A stretch of 64,000 bases of DNA, from positions 806,001 to 870,000 of the forward strand of contig JAUFOR010000003.1 in the NCBI GenBank assembly GCA_040285745.1. Direction: 5' to 3'. Under the pieces are notes generated by a model. It worked only from the letters and a program-made list of their open reading frames with translations, did no database searches and was not told the DNA's origin. This DNA comes from Barthelona sp. PCE (taxonomy: Eukaryota). Every line of letters starts with the position of its first letter. The first letter of the stretch is position 1. Position numbers and translations under genes: made by a program. Shown here in pieces: positions 11,731 through 21,473 of the stretch.

Positions 11731-12843
11731 TTACTTGGTCCTCTGCTTTTTCGCACCCGAAGCACCCGATGTGCGCTTCTTAGAATCCTTTCTAGGGACA
11801 GGCTTGAAAAAAGAATCTATCCTGCTCTGGCGCTTGTGCTTTTTTGTTTTCTTTAAGCGCTCAATGGCTGACAACACGCGCTGCTCACTGAACGAGTTCT
11901 CTTCTACTAAGAATTTGAGGAGCCCTTTCTCTTTGGGACGTTTCCAGCTAAACTTTGGAATATTTTCACATTTAATAACATCTGGATCGTGGAACAGCCT
12001 GCGTGCCTCCTCAAACGGGTAGAAATCAGGTAGATTCTTTCTGTGTCGTTCAGGTAAATTTTGTAAAACGCCCTCCAAGCTACCGTGCTCCTTCATTAAT
12101 TTATACGCTGTTTCAACGCCAAGTCCCTTGATTCTGGGAATATAGTCGCACCCAAACATGATACACATGTCAACAAACTGTTCTGGGGTGAGTTCCAATT
12201 CGCTGAGTATAACATCCATTCTGTACTCTAACAACTTCCTCTTTGAAGAGTCCTTTTGGCCCATATTACGCAGCAAAGTGGGAATTCCATAGCACAGGGA
12301 GTCCATGTCATTGCTTGCCATTGCAAAAACACGGCCACCCTTAACGAGTTCTGCGCACTGAGCCTCTGCCTCTGACGGTGATCTTATTGTGGGAATACCC
12401 ATGAGATTGAGGAGCTTGAAGCAGTCGTCGGCCATGTTATGCTTCATTGATGCGGTTCTCTTCTCCTGCTTTTCCATCTCCTCCACGTTACCCTCTTCTC
12501 GTGCTTCAGCAGCCTTTTCAGTAGCCTCTGTACGGCGTTCACGTCTCTTGTCGAGCTCCTGACGCTTGAGCTCAGGGGCCTTTCCATCAAAAACGTAAAC
12601 AACCTTGATGCCTTTCTCCATCAAATGAATAGTTCTGCTGAGTAAACCCTGAATATGTGATGTTACATCGCCGTCCTTGTTGCGCAGAACGTCTCCGCCC
12701 TGGCGTACGGCGAATAAGAATTGATAAATGAACACAGAGATATCGATTGCGATAACTCGTGAAAAGAATTGTTCCCTCTCCACTTCTACAACTCCCTCTG
12801 GTACGTGCTTCTTTAAAAAAGGCGTTAGTCCCTCAATTCCCAT
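11731..12843 (-). CDS. FEN1: Flap endonuclease 1
   Basis: MGIEGL, YVFDGKAP, SEAEAQCA, GCDY, PIP box QSRIDSFF. Confidence 0.96.
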   Translation of the reverse strand: MGIEGLTPFLKKHVPEGVVEVEREQFFSRVIAIDISVFIYQFLFAVRQGGDVLRNKDGDVTSHIQGLLSRTIHLMEKGIKVVYVFDGKAPELKRQELDKRRERRTEATEKAAEAREEGNVEEMEKQEKRTASMKHNMADDCFKLLNLMGIPTIRSPSEAEAQCAELVKGGRVFAMASNDMDSLCYGIPTLLRNMGQKDSSKRKLLEYRMDVILSELELTPEQFVDMCIMFGCDYIPRIKGLGVETAYKLMKEHGSLEGVLQNLPERHRKNLPDFYPFEEARRLFHDPDVIKCENIPKFSWKRPKEKGLLKFLVEENSFSEQRVLSAIERLKKTKKHKRQSRIDSFFKPVPRKDSKKRTSGASGAKKQRTK

Positions 12844-13032
12844 ATTAAAATGTCAATAAATTTGAAAAAGAGAAAAGAAATTGTAAAGTATGTGTTGTTT
12901 ATGCATAAATCTAATCAACCGCTTTAGTGTGTGGGTATCTATGGACTAACAACGTGGTATACGACAGAAATTGAAGTATATCCATTCAACCCGTGTTAAA
13001 CAGTTTATTCTTCCATTTATTTCGTTCCACGA

Positions 13033-13491
13033 ATGAAAGTTCTCTTACTATTGATACTTTGCCTTACCATATCCTTTGCTCAGGAACAACTTCCCAGATG
13101 CTACTCTAAGGACGGCACCCACAATTTTATGATGCTCCCGCAGCCAATTGCGACCATCAAGACCACTATCATCAGTGACATCAAGCTGCGCCTCCTTGCA
13201 TGGGAGTCGAAGACATCATATTCTTCATTCCAGGTTGGTGTTGCGTATAAGGGTATTGAGGTCTCATATGGACAAAGCAAATCAGGCACGCTGACTATTG
13301 GTGACGATGACTCATTTCAGATTGGTGAGATCTCTTCAGACGGGTTTGTTACAATTTACGGTCTTTGGTGTATGCAGTGCGGATTAACTACGACGATGGG
13401 AACCGAGCTTCTTCCTGAGCTCGAGGAGTTCTTCGGTGCCCACGAGGTTACCCGTATTTTGGACGCTTTTCTTGAGAAGGCCAAGCATTAA
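13033..13491 (+). CDS. Hypothetical secreted protein
   Basis: Signal-peptide-like MKVLLLLILCLTISFA; AGTAAA after stop. Confidence 0.7.
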   Translation: MKVLLLLILCLTISFAQEQLPRCYSKDGTHNFMMLPQPIATIKTTIISDIKLRLLAWESKTSYSSFQVGVAYKGIEVSYGQSKSGTLTIGDDDSFQIGEISSDGFVTIYGLWCMQCGLTTTMGTELLPELEEFFGAHEVTRILDAFLEKAKH

Positions 13492-13520
13492 AGCGTAAAG
13501 TAAAGTAAATATATTTTTGT

Positions 13521-16049
13521 TTATTCTTTCGCCAAGAGCAACACGTTCTCCTCAACTAGGTGGTAATCTATGTGCGCCTTCATCACCTCAACGATCTTCT
13601 GTCGGTTCATACCCTCCTTAATAGCAGCAGATGCACTGAAAATAGACTGTTCACGCTGGAAAGAAAACATTTTGGTGACACTTAGCATTCTTGTTATAAT
13701 CTCGTCCACTCCGGAGATGCGCAGGTTCTTGAACTCCGCGACAAACCCGTTGATATGGAAAGCCAGTCGCATGCCTCCTGTGATAGAAATCAAAATTTTC
13801 TTCTTGGCGTTCGTTATCAAGGCGTCGTAGAGCAATGTCTCAAACGTCTTGAGTAGGTTGGTCTGGAAGGAAATTCTGGTCTCATCGGATAGGCCACGCA
13901 AGGGCTGCATCACCTTTGGGAGCACAACCCTGAACTCATCAAACATTGGGCTGTCAAGGCTCATGAACTTGTTCTGTAAGGACGACGAAGACTCGACGTT
14001 ATACATTCGCAGTACCTTTTCACTTCTACTGAACTCAACCTCGTTGTAATCCTCACACAGATACATTGTACTAAAAATATAGCCCATATGGGCTGAGATT
14101 TGCTTATGATGGTTGTTCAACAGCCCCTCCACGATGCCCTCAATGGACGGGACTATGTCAAGGATCTGGGACTGGATGAATTTCATTATATGGTCCGAGG
14201 CGATGTGTCTCAGCTCAAACGCGCAGTAACAGTATATTGTGAGTGCACAATCCGAGCACATGTTTGCGTATCTGCATGCCCGCTCGAATAGCTTCGCGTC
14301 AAATACCCCGTGTGAAGTCTGCCTTGAGTATTCCAGATCCGTCGCATATCCCCTAATACTCTTTTCCATCTCCGAGAAGCTTAAGCCAATGACGGATTTC
14401 ACCTTGTTTCGCATGTCAGGGATCGTCTTATCAAACATACAGAACAGTCTGATGACCACAAGGTGATATAAGAAGTAGAAGATATTGAATCCGCTGTCAT
14501 CCGATGGATGTTCTCCCCAGAACCCAACAATGCTCTCTTCGTACACTAAACCATGATCGTATATACGCTCCATCTCCTTCGAAAGTAGAGGTGCAAGCTC
14601 ATAGATTGAGAAAAAATCCTTGTAGTTGCCAAAGCATATTGTATGAATGATTTCATCGAACGTTGTCGACAAAGAGAGACGCAGCGCACGGGCCAAATCA
14701 CCCGCAAAGTCAGGGCGTGTGACAGTTCTGTTCTTTGTTGTTGAAACAAAATTTCTCCAGATACTGTTGAGTGTGTCGCTCAGCTTTTTGACTGAGAATA
14801 CATAATAGTGCATGAACAGGGTATTGGATGTCTTCTTGACATCCTCTAGGAAAGAAACGAGCTTCTCTTGTATCCTGTATGTGATTTTCGTCACCAGATC
14901 AGCGATGATGTACTCAATTCCATCAACAAATACTTCATGAATAATTGTCGACGAAGAGCTGATGAAATCGGCTAGCTTCGAGTATACCAGGCCGACCTTA
15001 GCACATGGGACGAAGTTTTCAAAGTATCGCGTGGGGTTGATACCCTCTGCATTTGTTTGATCAAACTTGAGTTTGACAGTCTTCATAAAGTGGTCAACAA
15101 GAATTGTAAGTGCGATTTGGGCCATGTTTGTGTCTGCCCTGTCAGCAAAAGTTGCAATCAAAACATTGCACTCATGGTAAACTTCGTAATCATCCTCGTT
15201 AACACGGTTCTCAACGATGCTTTCCAGCAAGAACTTAAACCTGTCGACCAGCTGCTTCGTACTCTTTGTAAACACGTTGAGAACAATGTCACGTAAAACC
15301 TCAAGAGATGCATGATTCGGCTTTCCCTCCGCCTTTGTCGTCAAATCCATAACAACAGTGTGTAGTCTCTGAAGAATGCTCTGGCAGTGCGGTAGGCCGG
15401 GGATTTCAAAGCTGTCCATGGGTATGGGATCGAGGCTGGTGTATAGCTCGATAAGATACTGTTCATGATTGATTTCTGCAGTTTCATTGTCGTAGGAGGA
15501 AGCAAGGAAAAGATTCATGTGCTGTAGGAGCTCAACAGAGTCCCTCAGCACAGCGCCCTCGTACGTAAGACGTTCAAGCTTCACACCAACGTTCATGCTA
15601 CTTGTTGAAAGGTGGGATACACTCGTTTGCAGAGCTTCCACATCCGGTGTCATTGCCTCAAGGGCATCCTTCAGTCTGTACCGGGTGTCCTCAAGAGCAA
15701 AGTCCTGGTCCTCAATATTCTCTTCTTCCGTCTCAATTTCGATCTGCATCTGTTGTTTCAAGCGACGAAGATGGCCAGCCAGATCGGAGAACATCTCGCT
15801 GTAGTTGGTCAGCTCTACGCCTACAGCTAGTGGGTTATCTTCATCCATATCATTGTTGTAATTACGTGCAAGACGTCTATATATTTTTCCGTAGCTATTT
15901 GTAACCCTATCAACGAAATTTTCGGGTACATAGCCTTCTTTAAAGAAGCTTGAAACGCTAAAGGGCCCCTCGTACGTCTGTCCACTGGGAAAGCGGTGTG
16001 ACTTGAAAGACTGTTTCAAAGGGTCTATTGCCTTCGAACGCCTGCTCAT
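13521..16049 (-). CDS. Exocyst Sec10/EXOC5-like protein
   Basis: FVDRVT N-terminal motif, coiled coil, VGVKLERL, C-terminal ISITGGMRL (Sec10-like); all-helical. Confidence 0.6.
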   Translation of the reverse strand: MSRRSKAIDPLKQSFKSHRFPSGQTYEGPFSVSSFFKEGYVPENFVDRVTNSYGKIYRRLARNYNNDMDEDNPLAVGVELTNYSEMFSDLAGHLRRLKQQMQIEIETEEENIEDQDFALEDTRYRLKDALEAMTPDVEALQTSVSHLSTSSMNVGVKLERLTYEGAVLRDSVELLQHMNLFLASSYDNETAEINHEQYLIELYTSLDPIPMDSFEIPGLPHCQSILQRLHTVVMDLTTKAEGKPNHASLEVLRDIVLNVFTKSTKQLVDRFKFLLESIVENRVNEDDYEVYHECNVLIATFADRADTNMAQIALTILVDHFMKTVKLKFDQTNAEGINPTRYFENFVPCAKVGLVYSKLADFISSSSTIIHEVFVDGIEYIIADLVTKITYRIQEKLVSFLEDVKKTSNTLFMHYYVFSVKKLSDTLNSIWRNFVSTTKNRTVTRPDFAGDLARALRLSLSTTFDEIIHTICFGNYKDFFSIYELAPLLSKEMERIYDHGLVYEESIVGFWGEHPSDDSGFNIFYFLYHLVVIRLFCMFDKTIPDMRNKVKSVIGLSFSEMEKSIRGYATDLEYSRQTSHGVFDAKLFERACRYANMCSDCALTIYCYCAFELRHIASDHIMKFIQSQILDIVPSIEGIVEGLLNNHHKQISAHMGYIFSTMYLCEDYNEVEFSRSEKVLRMYNVESSSSLQNKFMSLDSPMFDEFRVVLPKVMQPLRGLSDETRISFQTNLLKTFETLLYDALITNAKKKILISITGGMRLAFHINGFVAEFKNLRISGVDEIITRMLSVTKMFSFQREQSIFSASAAIKEGMNRQKIVEVMKAHIDYHLVEENVLLLAKE

Positions 16050-16266
16050 GTTGCCCGATGTTAAGTTATGAAAAGGAAATTAAAAGAAAAACAAAACTTC
16101 TAGAAAATTTGAGTACTATTTGATTATTAAGCTTTTAAGCGTGTTACTAAAGGCCATATTGACCAACTCGTGCGGAGACTAACAGATCAGAATTCATTCG
16201 GGTGAAATAATGAGCTTATTATAAGAGATTTACAAAGTTGCCACTTACAGCTATATAACACAAATA

Positions 16267-17913
16267 CTACACAGGAGAATCATCCTTAATCGTATGGTCG
16301 ATACCCTCCTTCAAATCAGGACGTAGTTTTAGTGTGACTGCTTCAGTTGAATCCAAACTCAAAGCACCAGCTGGTTTATGGATTCTAGTATCAAAACGAT
16401 TGCTTTCATCGATTTCCACACGTCCACAGTAATATCCAATCGCCATGAGAATGGTCATTCCCAACCAAATGAAGCACAAAAGACTTGTGATATAAATAGC
16501 TGTGTGTTCTTTAAAATACTCTTCATTGGAATACATGTTGAACAGTGACACACAACAGGACACCACAGACCACACAATGGTGTCCCCACCATTACCTTCT
16601 GAACTGGATTTTAAAAATGAACACCCTAACAATCCAAGACAAATTTTCCATATGCAATATAAGTTTAGAGGATATTCAATGAATGTATTGTCGTTTCCAT
16701 CCAAGTACATGTATACAAGCGGAACCATCGCCTCAATAAATGAAGAACAAGCTCCAAAAATGTAAGTACCATACAAAAACTGACTCTTACGGAATGTACG
16801 TTTCACCTCAATGAGACGTTCCCAGAAAATGATAAACATCATCACCAATGACACTATATAGCCGATGGGTAGCCATCTGTCGAGAACTGGTAAGTGACTG
16901 AAGAAAAGAAAAGTACTTGTTATGGTAAAAAGAAAGAAAACTGAGCCATAAAACGTTTCATACTTCTCCAAGACACCAAACTTAGCGGTAAACGCGAATG
17001 GAAAAGTGAAATATACAGAAATAGCAAGAAGAATGTACACTTGCAAATCGTTTTCTTGATCAACGAATTTCCAAATGCTAACACCAATAAAAGCCAAAAC
17101 AAGAACTGTGAGCAAGTTTTCCCAGCCCCCCATATTGATACCATATCTTAACAACCATCTTGGAAGACTGCTATGCCGTTGAATACTTTCAAATGTTTCT
17201 TCCTTTGTCCACTCAACAGGCTCGCTCATGTTGAGGAAGCACGGGTCCTGATTGATCACTCTCAGCTCCTTATCAATATTGAGTTGTGAGGCTAAAAGGT
17301 TCATAAATCGAGTCGATAAAAAACTGTCCTGGTCTTCATCATCAATGTTGAATAAAATTTTTCTGTTCTCTTTCTTGGTACGGCATACACCTAGTATGAT
17401 CTCAAATGCTGGCGTATCGTCAATTCTACGTATTTCATCTGCATTCTTTAACTCATTATGCATCTCAGTAAAATAAACAAGATCTACACTGTTCTCATAC
17501 AATATTTCCATTTCTATGAGCTTCATTACGTCGCTTGCAGTGCCAAACACTACGGAACTTCCTTCTATATATGAAGTTAAGAACTGATTGTGCGCTAGTA
17601 CAGCAGTCATGTTCAAACTGTATAGAGATTGTTCCCAGCGTTTGAATAGCTCCTCAGCCTGTTGTACGTGTGGAGTGATGAACACGGAAACCAAGTTGCG
17701 CTTTTTGAACAGGCGATACAAACCTGATAAAATAATTATGTCGTGATTATTTTGAACTTGTGATACAGATACTACGGTATCTTCTTCTGTACTTGCTACA
17801 TAATTGATTACCTCAAGTTCGAATTTGGTCATTTCTACACTACCCATGCATGAAGATTCCAAGAATTGATCTGGAAATTGCAAATCAGCGATACATTGAA
17901 TTTCTTCTGTCAT
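16267..17913 (-). CDS. Multi-pass membrane protein with N-terminal degenerate SF2 helicase-like domain
   Basis: VFITP, VVFGTA and VDLVYFTEMH resemble motifs Ia, Ib and II; about 8 hydrophobic segments in the C-terminal half; first ATG at 17913. Confidence 0.6.
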   Translation of the reverse strand: MTEEIQCIADLQFPDQFLESSCMGSVEMTKFELEVINYVASTEEDTVVSVSQVQNNHDIIILSGLYRLFKKRNLVSVFITPHVQQAEELFKRWEQSLYSLNMTAVLAHNQFLTSYIEGSSVVFGTASDVMKLIEMEILYENSVDLVYFTEMHNELKNADEIRRIDDTPAFEIILGVCRTKKENRKILFNIDDEDQDSFLSTRFMNLLASQLNIDKELRVINQDPCFLNMSEPVEWTKEETFESIQRHSSLPRWLLRYGINMGGWENLLTVLVLAFIGVSIWKFVDQENDLQVYILLAISVYFTFPFAFTAKFGVLEKYETFYGSVFFLFTITSTFLFFSHLPVLDRWLPIGYIVSLVMMFIIFWERLIEVKRTFRKSQFLYGTYIFGACSSFIEAMVPLVYMYLDGNDNTFIEYPLNLYCIWKICLGLLGCSFLKSSSEGNGGDTIVWSVVSCCVSLFNMYSNEEYFKEHTAIYITSLLCFIWLGMTILMAIGYYCGRVEIDESNRFDTRIHKPAGALSLDSTEAVTLKLRPDLKEGIDHTIKDDSPV

Positions 17914-18283
17914 ATCTGCTTGTTTTTTGCTATAATACCCTGCCTTATTGACCAATAAAAGCCCGTTTTCTTAAAATGGGTTAGAAAATTTTTAACAGGA
18001 AAATGATTTTTGAACACGATTTATTGCCTTTTGTTATCTTAAGTCTACGGGTTGATGGTGAATATTTACATTTTTGAGTAGCACTAATCTATAATGGTGT
18101 AAGTAAAGAACCTGCGTGATTTGAATCAGTTTCAATAATTGAAAAATGTTCCTTTATTATTCTGATATTTATAAAGCTTCGATAAACCTTAATTAAGTAG
18201 TTATTGTCAAATGGAAAATCAAATGAAGCGAAAAAAACAAAAATGCACTCTCTTGTTTATTATTAATGCATAATTATGTGTCT

Positions 18284-18685
18284 CTAGGCCTTGTTGAAGG
18301 AAGTGATCTCAGCAGAAGAGATCTTCTCATGGGCAACCAAAGCATCAACGATATCATCAGTGGAAGCTTCTTCATCCTGAATCTTGAAGACAAGGATGAG
18401 CTTCTTAAGACCGAAGACGAAGGGCTGTACCTGTTCACCAGTGATTTCAACAACACCGGGGCAAGCAGCAACGATTTCCTTGGCGGCTTCAACAACTTCC
18501 TCAATGGGGATCTCAGCCTCAGGGAGAACCTGCATACCGACGTTAGAGAAGGCAGTAGTATCCTTAGCGGCGTTCTTCTCATCAATCTTCTCTTGAGCAA
18601 GTCTAGCACGTTCCTCAAGCTGACGCTCCCATTCACTACCCTGGGAGTCAGAGGCGAAACAATCAAAGTCGGATTCACTGGACAT
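18284..18685 (-). CDS. EF1B: Translation elongation factor 1-beta
   Basis: FDCFASD, QPFVFGLKKL, SAEITSFNK. Confidence 0.88.
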   Translation of the reverse strand: MSSESDFDCFASDSQGSEWERQLEERARLAQEKIDEKNAAKDTTAFSNVGMQVLPEAEIPIEEVVEAAKEIVAACPGVVEITGEQVQPFVFGLKKLILVFKIQDEEASTDDIVDALVAHEKISSAEITSFNKA

Positions 18686-19282
18686 TATAAGTTAGAATAA
18701 GCTAAAGAAAAGCAAAAGAAGAAAGTTTGCAAAGTATTGTGATTTTACTTGTTCAACCAATGTGACGGAATTTAATAAAGGTTTAAAGCTCATTTACTTG
18801 AACAAAATCTTGAAAGGAACATTTACTGTGAGTAAAAATTCGAAATACCTAATTCTTATTGTTAAAACAGATTCCCTTTGGTTAACGGACTTTAATAAGA
18901 CATTTGCGCCATGTGGTGGAATATTCAGTATATAATATAATGTATAGAATGTTTTTCGGATAGAATGTTTTTTTCTGACAGAAATGATAGTTTTGCTGGA
19001 TATTCCAGATAGTTAAGGTGTTATGTAGCTGTTATTCATACAGCATAATTGCTACAAACGATTTTCACCGCAGAGCGCAGCGCAGGACACGCCCGCGGCG
19101 CCCTGAGCCCGCCCCCGCCGGCGAGCCCAGCTCATCACCGAGACACGACGGGAGAAGCAGCCGGGGGCGAGCCGAATGTGCGAATGCAACATCGCACATT
19201 TGTTTCACACCCCCAGTCCCTTGCCCCCGTGATCCGGCTGCATCACCCCGCCCCAGACCCAACGCATCCCGCGCGGGCGAAA

Positions 19283-19290
19283 TATAAAAG
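19283..19290 (+). promoter_or_regulatory. TATA box upstream of H2B (mirrored in copy 2)
   Basis: TATAAAAG about 90 nt upstream of the ATG, preceded by CCCGCCCC GC-box-like motifs. Confidence 0.55.
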
Positions 19291-19373
19291 CCTTGCTGGA
19301 TGCCAAAGTCAACGTAGAAACCCCACCTATTGCCGGATTTCATTCGACCTCATTATTTTACTACTCACTCACA

Positions 19374-19790
19374 ATGCCCGCCAAGTCCAAGAAGCGTTTA
19401 GCCAAGTCCACCAAGATGCCTGCCAAGGCCAAGGCCTCCACCACCGGTTCTGAAGCCAAGGCCACCACCAAGCGTCATAAGGCCCGTAAGGAAGTTTGGG
19501 ATCGTTTCGTCTACCGTATCCTCAAGGCTACCAACGATAAGCTTGCTATCTCCACTAAGTCTATGACCATCATCAACTCTCTCATTGATGATATCTTCGA
19601 GCGTATCGCCGAGGAAGCCTCCAACCTTTGTAAGATGAACAAGCGTGCCACTCTCGGTTCCAGAGAAATCCAGACCGCCGTTCGTCTCGTCTTCCCCTCA
19701 TATCTTGCCCGTCACGCCGTTACCGAAGGTACTCAGGCTGTCCGTAAGTTCTCCAACGTTGACGAGGAGGACGTTGAGGAGGAGGAGTAA
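19374..19790 (+). CDS. H2B: Histone H2B with acidic C-terminal tail, copy 1
   Basis: ISTKSMTIINS..DIFERIAEEAS, REIQTAVRL, HAVTEGTQAVRKF; ATG at 19374. Confidence 0.95.
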   Translation: MPAKSKKRLAKSTKMPAKAKASTTGSEAKATTKRHKARKEVWDRFVYRILKATNDKLAISTKSMTIINSLIDDIFERIAEEASNLCKMNKRATLGSREIQTAVRLVFPSYLARHAVTEGTQAVRKFSNVDEEDVEEEE

Positions 19791-20037
19791 TAGCTCTGAA
19801 CCCAACCAAGCGTAGCCGCTGTCCGAGCCGCACGGCCCCAAGGCCGCGATCCAGCATGTAAACCCGCATCATTTTTTTTGTTTTGTGCAGGTCTGATCCT
19901 GTCTCTTCTGTGCGACGTTGGTGCGGTTGGTGCCCGGTCCGGCGGCCCGGCGGCCCCCACCTCCGGTCGTGGCTTTTGTTATTGGTAAAGTTAATCAAAA
20001 AATGGAATTTGCTCTTATTTACATTTAATGCATCTTA

Positions 20038-20274
20038 TTATCCCTGTCGGCCTGTAAACGACGAAAGCAACCTCTGTACTAGTGAATCCATCTTCTTAAC
20101 ATCCCCATGTGTTCGACTCACATATTTAACAACAATTTCATGGGAGTTGGTAACCTTAAGTTCCATCTTCCGATCACATGACCTATATTTGAGTTGGTAT
20201 GTGAATGTATCGGGGTTCTGGAGGTATAATTCCAGGGCAATCTCTTCAAATTCTTCAAAATTATCTATCTTCAT
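20038..20274 (-). CDS. SRP9: Signal recognition particle 9 kDa subunit
   Basis: FEEFEEIALELYLQNP...LKYR...LKVTN...VKY pattern. Confidence 0.8.
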   Translation of the reverse strand: MKIDNFEEFEEIALELYLQNPDTFTYQLKYRSCDRKMELKVTNSHEIVVKYVSRTHGDVKKMDSLVQRLLSSFTGRQG

Positions 20275-20461
20275 CAAAAATATGTAACACTTCCCAAATT
20301 ATAACTGCTGAGTGCAAAAACAAAGTAAAAAAAACGGCGAATGAGCGAGAAAAGACAAAAGCATTGATTTTCAACGTTTCAAAGATTCTATTTATTCTCA
20401 TATCTATCATACGCCTGTCACCAACATATGTATTATTGTAAAAAATGAACACACAATTTTA

Positions 20462-21058
20462 CTATCCTAATCGTTGAATTGCAACAGCAAATATTTCCAT
20501 TTCATTTCTCAAATTGTCAATCTGCTTCAACAACGTTGCCACGTCCTTGCTGGACTCACCTAACATATCACTAAATGCTATTAAATTAAGGCGCTGATCA
20601 GTTACATGTAAAACACTCGTATGTAACGTGCTCAGTTGCTCTGTGAGCCATATTAGCTGGTGCAAAAAGTCATCTAAAAGTGCTTTAGAATGTGCATCCA
20701 TAACTGTCGCATTGGAGCTACTTGATGAAAGAATCTTGCTGAGTTCCATCTCCAATCTCATTAATAGATTCTCAATATGTCCCCTATTATTCAAGAAGAA
20801 CTGTAATTTGGGTTTTAAATTGTTCATTTTAGAAACTAACGAGAAGCATTTAGATTCAGAATGCTGGAAAGAAAATTCCAATGCATTCAGTTCTGAATTG
20901 GTGCTTTGTATGAGAACTAAGTACTCTGTAGCTTGTTCTAACTTCTGAAAAAAGCTCAAATCATTTTTCTCAAAAAAGTCGAGATTATAGTCATAGTTAA
21001 TAGCGAACTCATTGCATATTTCGGTTATTGCCCGCCCAGACACATCCACCACATTCAT
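20462..21058 (-). CDS. Hypothetical coiled-coil protein
   Basis: 198-aa helical ORF; AGTAAA at the stop. Confidence 0.6.
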   Translation of the reverse strand: MNVVDVSGRAITEICNEFAINYDYNLDFFEKNDLSFFQKLEQATEYLVLIQSTNSELNALEFSFQHSESKCFSLVSKMNNLKPKLQFFLNNRGHIENLLMRLEMELSKILSSSSSNATVMDAHSKALLDDFLHQLIWLTEQLSTLHTSVLHVTDQRLNLIAFSDMLGESSKDVATLLKQIDNLRNEMEIFAVAIQRLG

Positions 21059-21473
21059 ATATAACGTGTGTAGTTGTTGGAATTAGGATAACAAATCAAA
21101 AACCCTCTTTAACCTTAATTTCAATGTGTTGTTCACGGAAATGGAGACAATATAGCATTTCACTCTCACTCAAGATCCTTAAATTACGGTCATAATGAGC
21201 ATTTTGAAAGTAAATGAAATCCAGCATATGCTTATTATACAAATTCAACATGCTTCAGTTGAGTGTGGTTGCTCACTTCCACGGCACAGAAATGGATTTT
21301 TGCTGTTTATATGAATCTTTTATAATATAGAATTAGATTCTCACCTCACTCACAATTGGTTCATGAAATATTTCTTGTACGGCTTTTATGTGCGATATTT
21401 AGCGTTTTCAATATTTTTTGACCTTACAATATGCTGCATTTGCATATTTTTCCTTTTTCCATTGTATAATTCA

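Larger units (their letters stand above)
19070..19975 (+). repeat. GC-rich H2B cassette, copy 1 (inverted repeat of 29390-30290)
   Basis: Reverse-complement match to 29390-30290; differences seen are an extra CGCAG near 19081 and a substitution at 19945. Confidence 0.95.

Noticed and set aside
18944-18972. ATAGAATGTTTTT direct repeat, two copies
   Set aside because: Short and AT-rich, outside the cassette, and absent at copy 2.
19138-19165. GAAGCAGCC resembling SRP RNA helix 8, near the SRP9 gene
   Set aside because: The upstream CAGG strand and GNRA loop are missing.
19858-19890. GTAAAC...TTTTGTGCAG as a 3' UTR intron of H2B
   Set aside because: Lacks the local GTAT donor and branch geometry; better explained as a TGTAAA signal plus U-rich element.
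19050-19990. Target-site duplications or terminal inverted repeats at the cassette ends
   Set aside because: None seen at either copy, so it is not called a mobile element.
19018-19998. Extra ORFs overlapping the H2B cassette (mirrored at 29363-30445)
   Set aside because: Stop-poor GC-rich shadow frames whose ends differ between the copies.
21250-21305. Sm-site-like ATTTTTG suggesting an snRNA
   Set aside because: No U1, U2, U4 or U5 signature nearby; a common word in AT-rich DNA.
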